Origin: Chrysomallon squamiferum
Taxonomy: Eukaryota > Animalia > Mollusca
Direction of reading: 5' to 3'
Assembly (NCBI GenBank): GCA_012295275.1
Contig: CM022675.1
Span: 6,200,001-6,264,000 of the forward strand
DNA length: 64,000 bases
Below, in pieces: positions 1-12,746 of this stretch (within the stretch, counting starts at the first letter, position 1; every line of letters begins with the position of its first letter). The translations under genes were made by a program, and so were the position numbers. A model generated the notes under the pieces. It did not search any database. It had not been told where the DNA came from and saw nothing but the letters and a program-made list of their open reading frames with translations.

Positions 1-252
1 ACATAATAATGTATCACTCAAACACAATAATTAAATACAATAATTTTTCTATTAAAAACAATACAATACTTTTTCACGCAAACACAAAACAATAATTTCT
101 CACTCAAACACAACACAATAAAACAATACACAGTACTTTACTGCTCAAACTCAACAGAATATTGCATCATCAAAAAATTATACAATTATTTTAATCACCG
201 GATATTACTGTGTGTGTGTTTGTCTATCTGTGTTTGTGTGTGTTTAACATAC

Positions 253-3200
253 TTTTTATTGAACTGTCTTGGTTTGTTAGACAAAGGATTTCTTTCTGTC
301 AGTGGATTTCCATTTTCATCACGATAAAAGGCATACAGACCAGCTGTAAAACCCTGGAAGAGATGTAGAACAAAATCAATAATATAGAAAATACTTATAT
401 ATATATCAATAATATTCAGTTAGTAGAACAAAACCAAGTATATAGAAAGTACTTTTATAGATCAATAATATACAGTAAGTAGAACAAAATCAAGTATATA
501 GAAAGTACAAAATAGATCAATAATATATAGAACAGAATTACAGAAAATATTATATAGATGAATAATATACAGTAAGTAGAACAAAATCAAGTATATAGAA
601 AGTACTTTTATAGATCAATAATATACAGTAAGTAGAACAAAATCAAGTATATAGAAAGTACTTATATAGATGAATAATATACAGTAAGTAGAACAAAACC
701 AAGTATATAGAAAGTACTTTTATAGATCAATAATATACAGTAAGTAGAACAGAATTACAGAAAGTACTTATATAGATCAATAATATACAGTAAGTAGAAC
801 AGAATTACAGAAAATACTTATATAGATCAATAATATACAGTTAGTAGAACAGAATTACAGAAAATACTTATATAGATCAATAATATACAGTAAGTAGAAC
901 AGAATCAAGTATACAGAAAATACTTATATAAATCAATAATATACAGTTAGTAGAACAGAATTACAGAAAATACTTATATAGATCAATAATATACAGTAAG
1001 TAGAACAAAATCAAGTATACAGAAAATACTTATATAGATCAATAATATACAGTAAGTAGAACAAAATTACAGAAAGTACTTATATAGATCAATAATATAC
1101 AATAAGTAGAACAAAATCAAGTATATAGAAAGTACTTGTATAGATGAATAATATATAGTAAGTAGAACAAAATCAAGTATATAGAAAATACTTATATATA
1201 TCAATAATATAGTTAGTAGAACAAAATTAAGTATATAGAAAGTACTTATATATATCAATAATATACAGTAAGTAGAACAAAACCAAGTATATAGAAAGTA
1301 CTTATATAGATCAATAATATACAGTAAGTAGAACAAAACCAAGTATATAGAAAGTACTTATATAGATGGGTCATTCTGTGTCAAATTACCCAATGGGTTA
1401 AACCCGACCATCTCAATAATACCAAACATTCTTCAAACTCATCAATCATGGCAGATTTAGAATCCTTGTCATGTTGCCTTTTCAACAATACCAATTCTAT
1501 GAAGATTGGCCCAGTTGTTCCTGAAATATGAGGGTTCAAAGGTTGGTGGTCACACCCATTTGGGGTGAAAATCTCAAAAATCAAGGGGTGGGGGGGTGAG
1601 CCATATCTCCCACACCACTGGTCCGATAGGCCGAATATTTTGGATTTGGTGCTGAGGGATCCCAACATACAAAGTTTCATAAAAATCTGACATTTATCAG
1701 GTTTAAAATATTATTTTTTTAATATGATTTGACATGGAATGAAAGATCAATAAGTATTTAGAAAGAAAATTACTAATCTACACTAAGTATTTAGATGGAA
1801 TAATGCTAAATATAAAAAAAAATTAAACAGAATAACAAATAAAAAGGTAAATAAAAAATATTAAACACATAAAAATAAATTTTGGCAGAACAATATTTAG
1901 AATACATAACTCATAAATCATATATATATATATAATACATACAATATGCATGGACACACACATATAAAGTAATTTATTTGTACATTTTTAAACAAAATTT
2001 TAAAGCATCTCAGATTTATGCAGAAATTATAACCAATAACAAAATATATTTTAATAAAATTCCAAAGAATAAAATAAATTCAATAAATAAATCATTTGGA
2101 ATTTTTTTTTAAATTAAATAAATAAATAAATAAACAAGTAAATATATAAACAAATAAATGAACACAATCTCACCAAAGCATGGAGTATCTCATGTTTCAT
2201 AGTTGACAGTAGCTGAAGTTGTTCCAATCGATCCACAGATATTGACTTAGGACAAACGCTGAAATATCCAGCTACAGGCCTGTTGACAAATATACTTCAT
2301 TAATACACTAACACACTAACATACATACATACATACGCACACATAAATGTCCAAACAAACATATGAACACACATATACACATTATCTGTCTATATTTTGA
2401 ACTAAGTTGTACCTGTCTGTATTTTAACAATATTGTCTATATTTTAACAAGTTGTATCTTTCTATACTTTATGAGTGTTGTCCCTGTCTATATTTTAACA
2501 AAGTTTTTTCTGTTTACATTTTAACAATGTTGTATCTGTCTATATTTTAACAAAGTTGTACTGTCTATAGTTTAACAAGCTGTACTGTCTATATTTTAAC
2601 AAATTTGTACCTGTCTGTTTTTAACAAAGTTGTACCTGTCTATATTTTAACAGTGGTACCTGTCTATATTTTAACAAGTTGTACCTGTCTATATTTTAAC
2701 AAAGTTGTACCTGTCTATATTTTAACAAAGTTGTACCTGTCTATATTTTAACAAAGTTGTACCTGTCTATATTTTAACAAAGTTGTACCTGTCTATATTT
2801 CAACAAAGTTGTACCTGTCTATATTTTAACAAAGTTGTACCTGTCTATATTTTAACAAAGTTGTACCTTTCTATATTTTAACAAAGTTGTACCTGTCTAT
2901 ATTTTAACAAAGTTGTACCTGTCTATATTTTAACAAAGTTGTACCTGTCTATATTTTAACAAAGTTGTACCTTTCTATATTTTAACAAAGTTGTACCTGT
3001 CTATATTTTAACAAAGTTGTACCTGTCCATATTTTAACAAAGTTGTACCTGTCTATATTTTAACAAAGTTGTACCTGTCTAAAGCTCTTTCTTGCTGGCA
3101 ATGAGCTGCATAGGCTACAGTACTGCCAAGTTGACAACGTTTCGAATGCACGGTTGCAACGTACAAAATGAAGTCTGTGTTGTTGACGCCGCTACCCGAA

Positions 3201-5463
3201 ACCCCTTCCTCTTCGTACCTGTCTGTGACACTGTTCCAGAAAAGACAACCCTGCGAGGAAAACAAAATATTCTACAGTCACAACACAGTCACATTCTGAT
3301 CTTCTAATCAGTATTCAGATCCTGTAATAATAACTCTAGTGCAGGATGATGTGGGTCATTTTTTTTTTCTTCTTCTTTTCTTTTAGTTGTTATATTTTTT
3401 GTTTCTGATAAAATATCCTAGTGTATTTTTCACAGTCAGCCAGTGACTGCTAGTTGCTCTTCTGTTTTGTCACATCCACTTTATAAAGCTTTATTAATGC
3501 TGTTTTGTTTTTGACAGTCTCTCTGGTAATTTTCACCCTTTATCTAGTCTGATGATTTTAGATAAGCACTGACGTACACACAAACAGTGACAGATACATA
3601 TATATATACACATCTGAATTCACAAAAGGAGAGGAATACATACTTATATATTTAAGTATTTAACAACAAAAATTAAAAGTGATATTAATGCAACCGACAG
3701 ACTGAAAGACAAATACTTTTTTTATCTAAAGCACTCAAAACCTATCTGTACCCATCTTCTCTCTCTCTCACTCTGTGTATGTGTGTGTGTGTGTGTGTGT
3801 ATGTTTGTACACATTATATGTATGCATGTATATTTATATATACACACACAAACACATAAATCAATCTATACATACATACATTCATCTCTAGGTGTGTTTG
3901 GATGTGTGTACATGCATGTGTGTGTGTGTGTGTTTGTAACAAGTTGATATATTTGTATATATACAAACTGTTAAAATACTTACTTGTTGGTGTTCTGCGG
4001 GTATCACAATATCCCCACATTTAGTCTCAGAACTGCACCCCTCCACACAATACACCTGACCATCTTCGTACCTCACTCGATTATCTAAACACTGCCTGAC
4101 CAAAAAAAAAAAAAAAAAAAAAAAAATCTTTCTTATATTCAGTACTGTATTTCAAACTCAAAACATCTTGATATTTTACATGTCTGTCCTAACATAATAC
4201 GAAAAAATAAAAAAAAATAAAAAGATTAAATAAAATGAAAAAAAAAGTAATAATAATAAATTAACGATTTGATACATTTTGTTTCATGGGTAAACCAAAA
4301 AAATTAAAATAAATATGATTGCCATAATACTCTCTTAAAGCAAAAACATAAACATTCCTTATTAATTACTTTATTTCAGAGATAAAAACTAAATATTTTG
4401 AAACAGTTTTAAAACAATTCTAAATACCACATATTTGTTTTGTGCTGCATGAAGAAATACAAAAACATGACATTATTAAACATGGCTGTCTACATGTTAT
4501 AGGAAACAGAGTACTTATATAGATCAATAATATAGCATTTAGATATGACAGTAGTAACAATAATAATAGTTACAGTAATGATAATAAAAATATTAACAGT
4601 AATAATAATAGTAATAGTAATATTAAGAACAGCAACAATAATAACAGTAATAACAGTGGTAATAATAACAGTAATAACAGTAGTAATAATAATAATATAA
4701 CAGTAATAATAATAGCAATAAGAAGAAGAAGAAGAAGAATGTTACTAAATTTTCCACTTACTTTCTGAGTCTGATTGGTTTTCTTGTTGCACGAACTCTT
4801 AGTGTACTCTCCCAGAACTGTACAGCCTGTAGAACAGTTTTCTGTAACAGAGAATTTTCTGATAATTTAAGACTTTCTGACATTTTTGTTTTACTGTAAA
4901 TAAGAAAACAACTGCCTAACTTATTACTTAAGTGTGAATTTTGCTTTTGAAAACCCTAACCCTGTCAAAATGTTGGTTTAAAAATTCATTAAGCCAGTAT
5001 GCTGAATGTATTTTATTTTACTTTACTTCACTTTATCTATTTATCTATTTTAGTTTTTTTTACTTTAATTATTATTATTATTATTATTTATGTTTATTTA
5101 CATTATTAATAACAAAAAAACTGTAAAAAAAAAATTAGATTTATTATTACTTCTTCAGTTTCAAATAACATTTACAATAAATTTTATTTAAAACAACCTA
5201 ACTTTTATACATTAGTTAGTAATAATATAACAATAATGATTATGTTGATAATATGATTATATTAAAAACAATAACAAAAATAACTAGTAATTGGTCACTA
5301 TTGAATCTGAAAATCGAAGAACAGTAGAGAAGAAACACATTTCTTTCTTTTAAACAATTTAAAATAAAAATAACAATAATGACAATTAATAATAAGAGTA
5401 ATAACGACAACATTAATAATAAAAATAAAATAATATGATAATAATAGCAATAATGATATTAAA

Positions 5464-5500
<37 letters not shown>

Positions 5501-5839
5501 TATTAACAGATACCTTCACTAAATCTCTGTGTTGGTGCGGAAGTTCTAGAAGGCTGTTGTCGTAGTGGAGATGGATTCTAAGAGGCTGATCAACACTTCG
5601 TTTCATCACAGTGTGCTTAGGCTCAATATCAACACCATAAAATATCTGAAGATAAAAACAACTGGTAATTTAATAAAATAAATACAAATCAAAGTAAAGA
5701 AGCCTCTGAAAGAAGAACTAATATATTTATTAAGCTTGTTACAGCATGATTATTAATGTATGAAATATTATTTTACTTGGTAATGATCAATATTGAAATT
5801 AATAAATAGTAATAAAAATGATAATAATAATAATAATAA

Positions 5840-5870
<31 letters not shown>

Positions 5871-6133
5871 AAGAAGAAGAAGAAGAAGAAGAAGAAGAAA
5901 CACACTACAACAGTTAAATCAGAATTATTAGTAATATGAATAAGAATAATAGCAGTAACGATACAACTATTAGCAGTAGGACAAGTAACAGTAGTAATAA
6001 TAACCTCGTGTTGCTTGTGTATTTCATGATTGCATGTTCTGTGCGCTGTTGCTGCCGTCACAGATCTTTTGCAGCTCTCGCAGACTAAGACTAAGAAGAT
6101 GACAGCATGTGTCATCCACACGACCGTCACCAT
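253..6133 (-). CDS. LMLN: Leishmanolysin-like peptidase (invadolysin, peptidase M8), first 7 exons; gene continues past the left edge
   Basis: Phase-compatible GT-AG exons: 6133-6005 (MVTVVWMTHAVIFLVLVC signal peptide; TCNH), 5645-5514 (KRSVDQPLRIHLHYD), 4841-4762, 4095-3984 (TKCGDIVIPAEH), 3250-3075 (TDFILYV...VAYAAHCQQERALDR), 2279-2174 (PVAGYFSVCP...MKHEILHAL, HExxH zinc motif), 353-253 (GFTAGLYAFYRDENGNPLT). Confidence 0.93.
361..1367. repeat. ~52-56 bp minisatellite in LMLN intron 6
   Basis: Tandem units like TATAGATCAATAATATACAGTAAGTAGAACAAAATCAAGTATATAGAAAGTACTTA, about 18 copies; a short isolated copy lies near 4510-4533. Confidence 0.95.
1368..1743. mobile_element. Non-autonomous DNA transposon (MITE) with imperfect TIRs and 4-bp TSD
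   Basis: Left end GGGTCATTCTGTGTCAAAT; right end ATTTGACATGGAATGAA (imperfect reverse complement). AGAT flanks both sides (1364-1367, 1744-1747), and the minisatellite unit TATAGATCAATAA resumes after it. Confidence 0.7.
2385..3080. repeat. 26-bp minisatellite in LMLN intron 5 containing the exon 5 splice donor
   Basis: About 27 copies of GTACCTGTCTATATTTTAACAAAGTT, nearly perfect next to exon 5 and degenerating leftwards. Confidence 0.95.
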
Positions 6134-6199
6134 TTCCGTGACGACGTGACGGTGGTATGCACAGCCGAAACAAAGAGAAAGATCCTGCTGCCGTCGACA

Positions 6200-6620
6200 A
6201 AATAGAATTTACCCACGGTCATCACAGCCTTTTCTGGACTTGTAAGTTATACGATCCATTTTAAATCTGAACAAAAACAAACAGCAGCTGTCTCCGGAAG
6301 GGGTGGTACCGTACCAAGAAAGTCATGTCTCCGTTTACTTCACGAAAACTTTAGTTGTGTCCCTTGGCACTTGTAATTTGACGCCGAAATTGGCATTATG
6401 ATTATCTTTCCGGCATGAAAAACAATTGCTTTTGTTATGACTCTTGTTGCGTAAGTAGTCTGAAAGCGTTATAAAACTGATAACAAAACAAAAGTAAGAA
6501 CACCAAATAATTTTTAACAAAAGGTAATAACAAAAAATACTATAATATAACGATTAAAAACGAAAACAACTTATCACTGAAACGGAAGTAGATCTTCTCT
6601 AACCTGGTGCTGAGGTACAT
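6200..6620 (-). promoter_or_regulatory. Probable LMLN promoter/5' region with ETS-type CGGAAG motifs
   Basis: Locally CpG-richer sequence upstream of the ATG at 6133; CCGGAAG at ~6294 and CGGAAGT at ~6583. Confidence 0.3.
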
Positions 6621-6842
6621 TTTTAACCTCAAACCATTCGGAGATTGTCGGCGTTTTTCGGAAACAATATTATAGAAAAATGGGCAGATAATCAAGACGA
6701 AAACGCATAAAATACACTACAATATGTCGTTTTGTGTTAAATGATTTAGAATTTGTCTCGATGTGAATTCACATTTCATTGCATCAGATTTTTCCCAAGT
6801 GTGTGCGACAGTAGAAAATTAGACTGACTGCTCCCTGTTTGT

Positions 6843-6881
<39 letters not shown>

Positions 6882-6889
6882 TTATGGTT

Positions 6890-7548
6890 TTATTGTTTTG
6901 AAATAGGTATTTGATGAACAGAAATATTAGTCAGATAATTATGTAATGATATTAATTTCATACATTGCGACTTATATCGTCGAAGTTAAACAGAAAATAA
7001 TAATAATAATAATAATAACAACAACAACAACAACAATAGAAGTAGTAGTTGTAGTATTAGCAATAGTAGTAGTAATAGTATTAGGCATATTCGTCGTCGT
7101 CATAATAGTAGTCGTATTGTAACATTTGTAGTCGTACTAGAAGAAATAGTGGTAATCGTAGTAACAGTAGCAGTAGTAATCGCTGTCGTCATAATAGTAC
7201 TCGTATTGCAACGTGTAGCTGTAATCACAGTAGTAGAAGGTGACAAACACATTGATAACAACAAGTGTATTAGTAACAGTATCGGTGTCAGTAGCACTTG
7301 AAGTAGCAGCAATAGTCATCACTGTAGTAGTAGTTCTGGTGTTGTAGTAGTACGAACAGCAGTATGAGTTCTAGCAGTAGCTGTAGCTTAATTGTAACAT
7401 AAATTGTAGCAGCAGTAGAAACAATAAAAATGATGTTACCTGAATAACAATACAGTTTAAATACCACTATGATCACTGTTCGCGTTGTAGCTGATTTTTT
7501 TATATACATAATCTTGATTCATATAAGAGCAGAATGTCACTTTTGTAA

Positions 7549-7625
<77 letters not shown>

Positions 7626-7820
7626 ATCGAAAGATATTATAAAACAGATAAAAATTAGAAAATATTCAGATAATTCCGATAGTTTTAATTTTGACTGTCT
7701 CTACAACAGACAACCTTCTTCAGTCACTGAAAAAGAAATTCGTAACTTTATTTTTGTTTTGTTTTGTTGATTTCAAATGGATGTTTCACAACGAAAAAAG
7801 TGAAAGTTACAATATATTTG
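6890..7820 (-). repeat. Orphan copy of the GPCR 3' flank with no coding sequence
   Basis: Homologous to ~9170-10072, ending at GTGAAAGTTACAATATATTTGT just short of where the GPCR stop codon would lie. Confidence 0.8.
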
Positions 7821-7824
7821 TACA

Positions 7825-8130
7825 ACATAAGTATGTGTTTACACAAACGCATAGAGACACACACAAGTGTATTGATATTTGTAACAGTTTTAATCAATAG
7901 ACGTTCATGACTTATTTTTCAGTTTTATTTGTGTATGCGTATTCTCAATTAACTGACGCAGTTTTGTCATTATTCTATTTCATCAGCAAGTTTCTCAGAA
8001 CTAAATAACAGTTGACAATGAAATGTGTGAATTGTTACTTTTCACGACACCAGATCGTGCGCTTCTTATTAACAAATCGCTTGGATTATAACGTCTAAAA
8101 ATTAACACATTTCTAATGTATTTCCACTCC
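7825..8130 (+). repeat. Dispersed ~300-350 bp repeat M (probable non-autonomous TE)
   Basis: Core GACGCAGTTTT...CACGACACCAGATCGTGCGC...ACGTCTAAAA. Copies at ~12770-13130, ~17600-17960 and ~30570-30800 (+), ~26640-27005 (-), with partial inverted pieces at ~11740-11830, ~16545-16635 and ~19190-19335. Confidence 0.85.
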
Positions 8131-8399
8131 TAGTACTATACTTATTTTATTTTTATTCATATTACTAATAATTCTGATTTAACTGTTGTATTGTGTTTCT
8201 TCTTCTTCTTCTTCTTCTTCTTATTATTATTATTATTAGAAGTATTATTATGATTATTATTATTATTATTATTAGTAGTAGTAGTAGTAGTAGTAGTAGT
8301 ATCATTTTTATTCATTATAATTTCAATATTGATCATTATCAAGTACTACTACTACTATAGTATAATTAGTAGTAATAATAATAGTAGTTAGTAGTATTT

Positions 8400-8950
8400 G
8401 CTATTTCTAGTTCTCAGTGTAAAATATGTGTTGTTCAAAATATATGAAAGATTTTATATTAGTATGTTAACTAAAAAACGATTGATTACTGCATATGCAA
8501 TGTGCATATTGGGAAAATGATTAGCGCAGTAAAACGGGATCTGCAATCTGTGTGGAATGTTTTCCTTCTTCTCATGTTAACTTATTAAACCCATCTCAAT
8601 CTGATAGTGTAGAATAACGTTATGGGCGTGGTTTTATATATATTATTTTTTACCTTGTAACTCCTCCTCTATGGTTTACGTCATGCAAAATTATTTCCAC
8701 CAAGTATATATTGAAGGAAACACGTATATGATGGGCGTGGTTTTCTTATTACGGAATTTTCCTTCTATCTCTTCTGTCGTGATATAAATAATCTTACAAA
8801 TGAAGGGATTCATTCGTTCAGACTTAACGGAGTTCTAACTCAAAGATTTGGTTGTAAGTTGAAACTTGACGTGGTTTTGCTGGGTTCGTGCACGAAGCTT
8901 CCAGCGAGAGAGATTTATTTACTTTGAATCTGTCTCGTTGTTTTACTGTT
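8400..8950 (+). promoter_or_regulatory. Inverted copy of the GPCR upstream block (also ~13220-13780 and ~18040-18595)
   Basis: Reverse complement of the block upstream of the GPCRs (~11290-11720, ~16090-16520, ~21660-22020, ~23470-23950), e.g. GATTCATTCGTTCAGACTTAACG vs CGTTAAGTCTGAACGAATGAATC. Contains two GGGCGTGG boxes and TGACGT half-sites. Promoter function is inferred. Confidence 0.6.
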
Positions 8951-9297
8951 CACCTACTTCTTCTTCATCATCATCTTCTTCTTCTTCTTCTTCTTCTTCT
9001 TATTATTATTATTATTATTATTATTAAAATTATTATTATTATTATATTTCCGGTACTACTAAAAACAGGTCATTAAGACTAGGACATAACTGAACATTAA
9101 AATATTGCAATGCAATACGTAATCGAGATCATCAATAAATAATAGAAAACACAAAAATATTATATACAGTTTAATTGTTTTCAAATAAGTGTTTGATTTA
9201 CAGAAATATTTGTCAGATAATTATGTAGTGATATTAATTTCATACAATATGACATTTATTCTCGAAGTATACCAAATAAAAACATGCACAAATAGAA

Positions 9298-9337
<40 letters not shown>

Positions 9338-9823
9338 TAATAACAATAATAATAATAATAATGTAACAAGTAGTTATAGTAGTGGTTGTAGTAGTAGTAG
9401 GAGGAGAGACAAACTAACAATAGTAGTACTAGTCATCGTTGTCGTCGTAATAGTAGTCGTATTCCAACATTTGTAGTCGTAATCACAGTAGTAGAAGGTG
9501 ACGGAAACATTAGCTACATCCTCATTCATAACAACAAGAGTATTAATATTAGTACCAGTATCTGTGTCAGTAGCAGTTGAAGTAGTAGCAATAGTCATCT
9601 CTGTTGTAGTAGTTCTGTTGTTGTACTAGTATCAGCAGTAGTATGTGTTCTAGCAATAGCTGTAATATTAATGGCAACAGCAGCAGCAGTAAAAACAATA
9701 AAAATTATATTACCTGAATACAACACAGAGTTTAAATATTATTATGGTCATTTTTGGCGTTGTGACTGATGTTTTCATAATATAATCTTGATTCGTGTAA
9801 GAACAGAACGTTACTTTTGTAAA

Positions 9824-9893
<70 letters not shown>

Positions 9894-10085
9894 GTAATAA
9901 TAATAATACAAAACTCAAAGAAAAAATCTAAAGATATTCTAAAACAGATGTAAATTTAAAAACATTGGAATATTTCCAATAGTTTTAATTTTTACTGTCT
10001 CTACAATAGACAACATTCCTCGATCACATGGATGCTTCACAACGACGAAAGTGAAAGTTACAATATATTTGTTTTTCCTTGAATT

Positions 10086-11036
10086 TCAGTGTGACACGGT
10101 CTCCAACTCAGACGTGTTAACCAACACTTCCGACCTCTTCATACACAGAAGCTGTTTGTATGCGGCCTTGAACTTGCTGTTCTTCCAGGCGTACAAGAAG
10201 CAGTTCACAGCTGAACTACACAGATCGAGAAGGGTGACCCCTCTGAAGAGGTAGATGTTTTGGTCTGCCTTTGATATGGTGTCGTACAGATAGTACGTTA
10301 CGTGTGGCACCCAGAAACAGAGAGATGTGACGTAGGCGATCATAAGCAACTTGGTCCTGATAGATTCTTGTTTCTTCTCTGACGCCAAGGACTGGTCGTA
10401 TATTTGTTTCCTGAATCGAAATTCGGCGACACAAACTCGCAAGAAAGCTACGAAGCCTGCGACAAGTGGTACCGCTGTAATGCATACAATGAACCGCGTG
10501 TAGAAGCTAGGGTAGAGGGTAGGCGCGTAACACTTTGCTCCTTCGTACCAGTCTGCTGCTCCAGCGACCATGGGCATTACAGCAGTCGCAACTGCGGCGA
10601 ATACTACGACGTTAAATATGACTGTGGCCTGTACAGTTGCATGAGCGTGGTAGTGGAAAGGAAACTGCACGGCGTAGAACCGTTCAAACGACAACAGCGA
10701 CAGAAACAGAACTGCCGAGATCGATGCAAAATGGCCTGAAAACATGAAAATTAAACACGGTGTTTTCAGTTTGAACAGTTCTGGCAGATGAGTGCGAAGG
10801 AGTTTGAGAGGTGTGTAGGGCACGCCCATAGATAGATCAGCCACCGCCAACGAGGCAAGCATGATGGTGCTCTGATGTCGCAACTTTCGGAACTTTGTGA
10901 TTGCCCGGATTGTCAGTGAATTGCCTACTACTATAATAACAATAAGAACAAGGTTCAACACTGTGATTACAACGTGGAGAAAATTTATGTTTTCTAGTTT
11001 AAAAATGTCTATGTTGGTTCTGTTAGAATCATTCGA

Positions 11037-11039
<3 letters not shown>
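10086..11039 (-). CDS. Intronless class A (rhodopsin-like) orphan GPCR, copy A, 317 aa
   Basis: Starts MSNDSNRT (N-glycosylation sequons). TM1 GN, TM2 LAVADL, TM3 C...ERFYAV, TM6 CFWVP, TM7 NCFLY, helix 8 FKAAYKQLLC. The upstream extension in the ORF track is an (ATA)n artefact. Confidence 0.92.
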
Positions 11040-11100
<61 letters not shown>

Positions 11101-11845
11101 TCACCTCCCTCGACAAGACCAACAGTCAGTCCGTTTCTCTCAACATATGGTATCTGTACATTACAGATAAAACGTGTAACAATGTTTTGATTCTTTGATG
11201 AAAAAGAAAACAAAAAGCACAACAGTTCACATCTGACACAAGTTCTGTTGTCACAATCTCACAATATAACAGCACGTCGTTTCGATTTACAAGCGAATCT
11301 TTCAGTTAGAATTCCGTTAAGTCTGAACGAATGAATTCCTTCGTTTGTGAGATTAGTTATATCACGATGTTGGAGATAGGAGGGCAACTGCATCATAAGA
11401 AGACACGACAATCATATACGTGTATGGTTCAATATATATTTGAGTGAAATAATTCTGCATGTCGTGCATAATGGAGGCGGAGTTACTGGTAAAAATAATA
11501 TATATATATATTGTCAATTATCACATGAGATACATTTAATAAGTTAACATGAGAATCAGGAAAGCAATCAACACACATTGCAGATTCCATTTTACTCGAC
11601 TAACCATTTTCCCAATATGTACATTTCATACACAGTAATTAGTCGTTTATTTAATTAACATACTAACATAAAATCTTTCATTGAGTTTGAACACTAGAAA
11701 CGTTGCACGGAGATGTAGACATAGCAAGTAGAAATTACCACAACTGAAAAATAAATCACGAACGTTTATTAGCTAAAAATATTACAAATATTAATATATG
11801 TGTGTGTCTCTGTATATCCTTGTGTAAACATGGAATTTAATTTCC

Positions 11846-11904
<59 letters not shown>

Positions 11905-12150
11905 CCGAAGGAGTTTCACAGGAGTGTAGGGCACGCCCATAGACAGATCAGCCACAGCCAACGAGGCAAGCATAATGGTGCTCTGATGACGCAACTTCCG
12001 GAACTTTGTAATGGCCCGAATTGTCAGTGAATTACCTACTATTATAATAACAATAAGAAAGATATTCAACACGGTGATTAAAACATGAAGAAAATGTATG
12101 TTCGCTGGTTTCAAAATGTCTATGTTGGTTCTGTTAGACACATTCGACAT
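11905..12150 (-). pseudogene. Truncated GPCR copy B (N-terminus to TM2 only)
   Basis: MSNVSNRT...LAVADLSMGVPYTPVKLLR, then runs directly into a (TAT)n tract. Confidence 0.88.
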
Positions 12151-12687
12151 TATTATTATTATTAGTAGTAGTAGTAGTAGTACTAGTACTAGTAGTAGTA
12201 GTAGTAGTCGTAGTAGTAGTAGTAGTAGTTCTTTTCCCTCAACAAATCTAACAGTCAATTCCTTTCTCCTCTTTTGTTTTCTTCTCCATATTGTAGCTGT
12301 ACATTGACAATAAAACAACATGTAACAACGTTTTGATTCTTTGACAAATGTCAAAACTCAGCCTATGAAGAAAACACACCACGACAGTCACAGTTCGCGT
12401 TTTTGGTTCTGCTACTACTTCTTACATTATTATTACTTCTACTTATGCAGGTATTTATTTTCTGTTTAACATCGATAATAAATGTCATAATGTATGAAAT
12501 TAATATCATTATATAATTATGTGATACATGGTTCTGTTCATCAAATACCTATGTGAAAACAATAAAGCTATGTATAATAATTTTGTGTTTTCTATTTTTT
12601 ATTGATGATTTCGATTACGTATTGCAAGCAATATTTTCATTTTCACTTACGTACTAATTTAAGATCAATTTTTAGTAGTACCGGAAA

Positions 12688-12746
<59 letters not shown>

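Noticed and set aside
361-1367. Regular repeat array as a possible CRISPR
   Set aside because: No unique spacers, no cas genes, and it lies in a eukaryotic intron.
11040-11222. N-terminal extensions of the GPCR ORFs in the track
   Set aside because: They use non-ATG starts and run through microsatellite; the ATG of MSN is shared by all copies.
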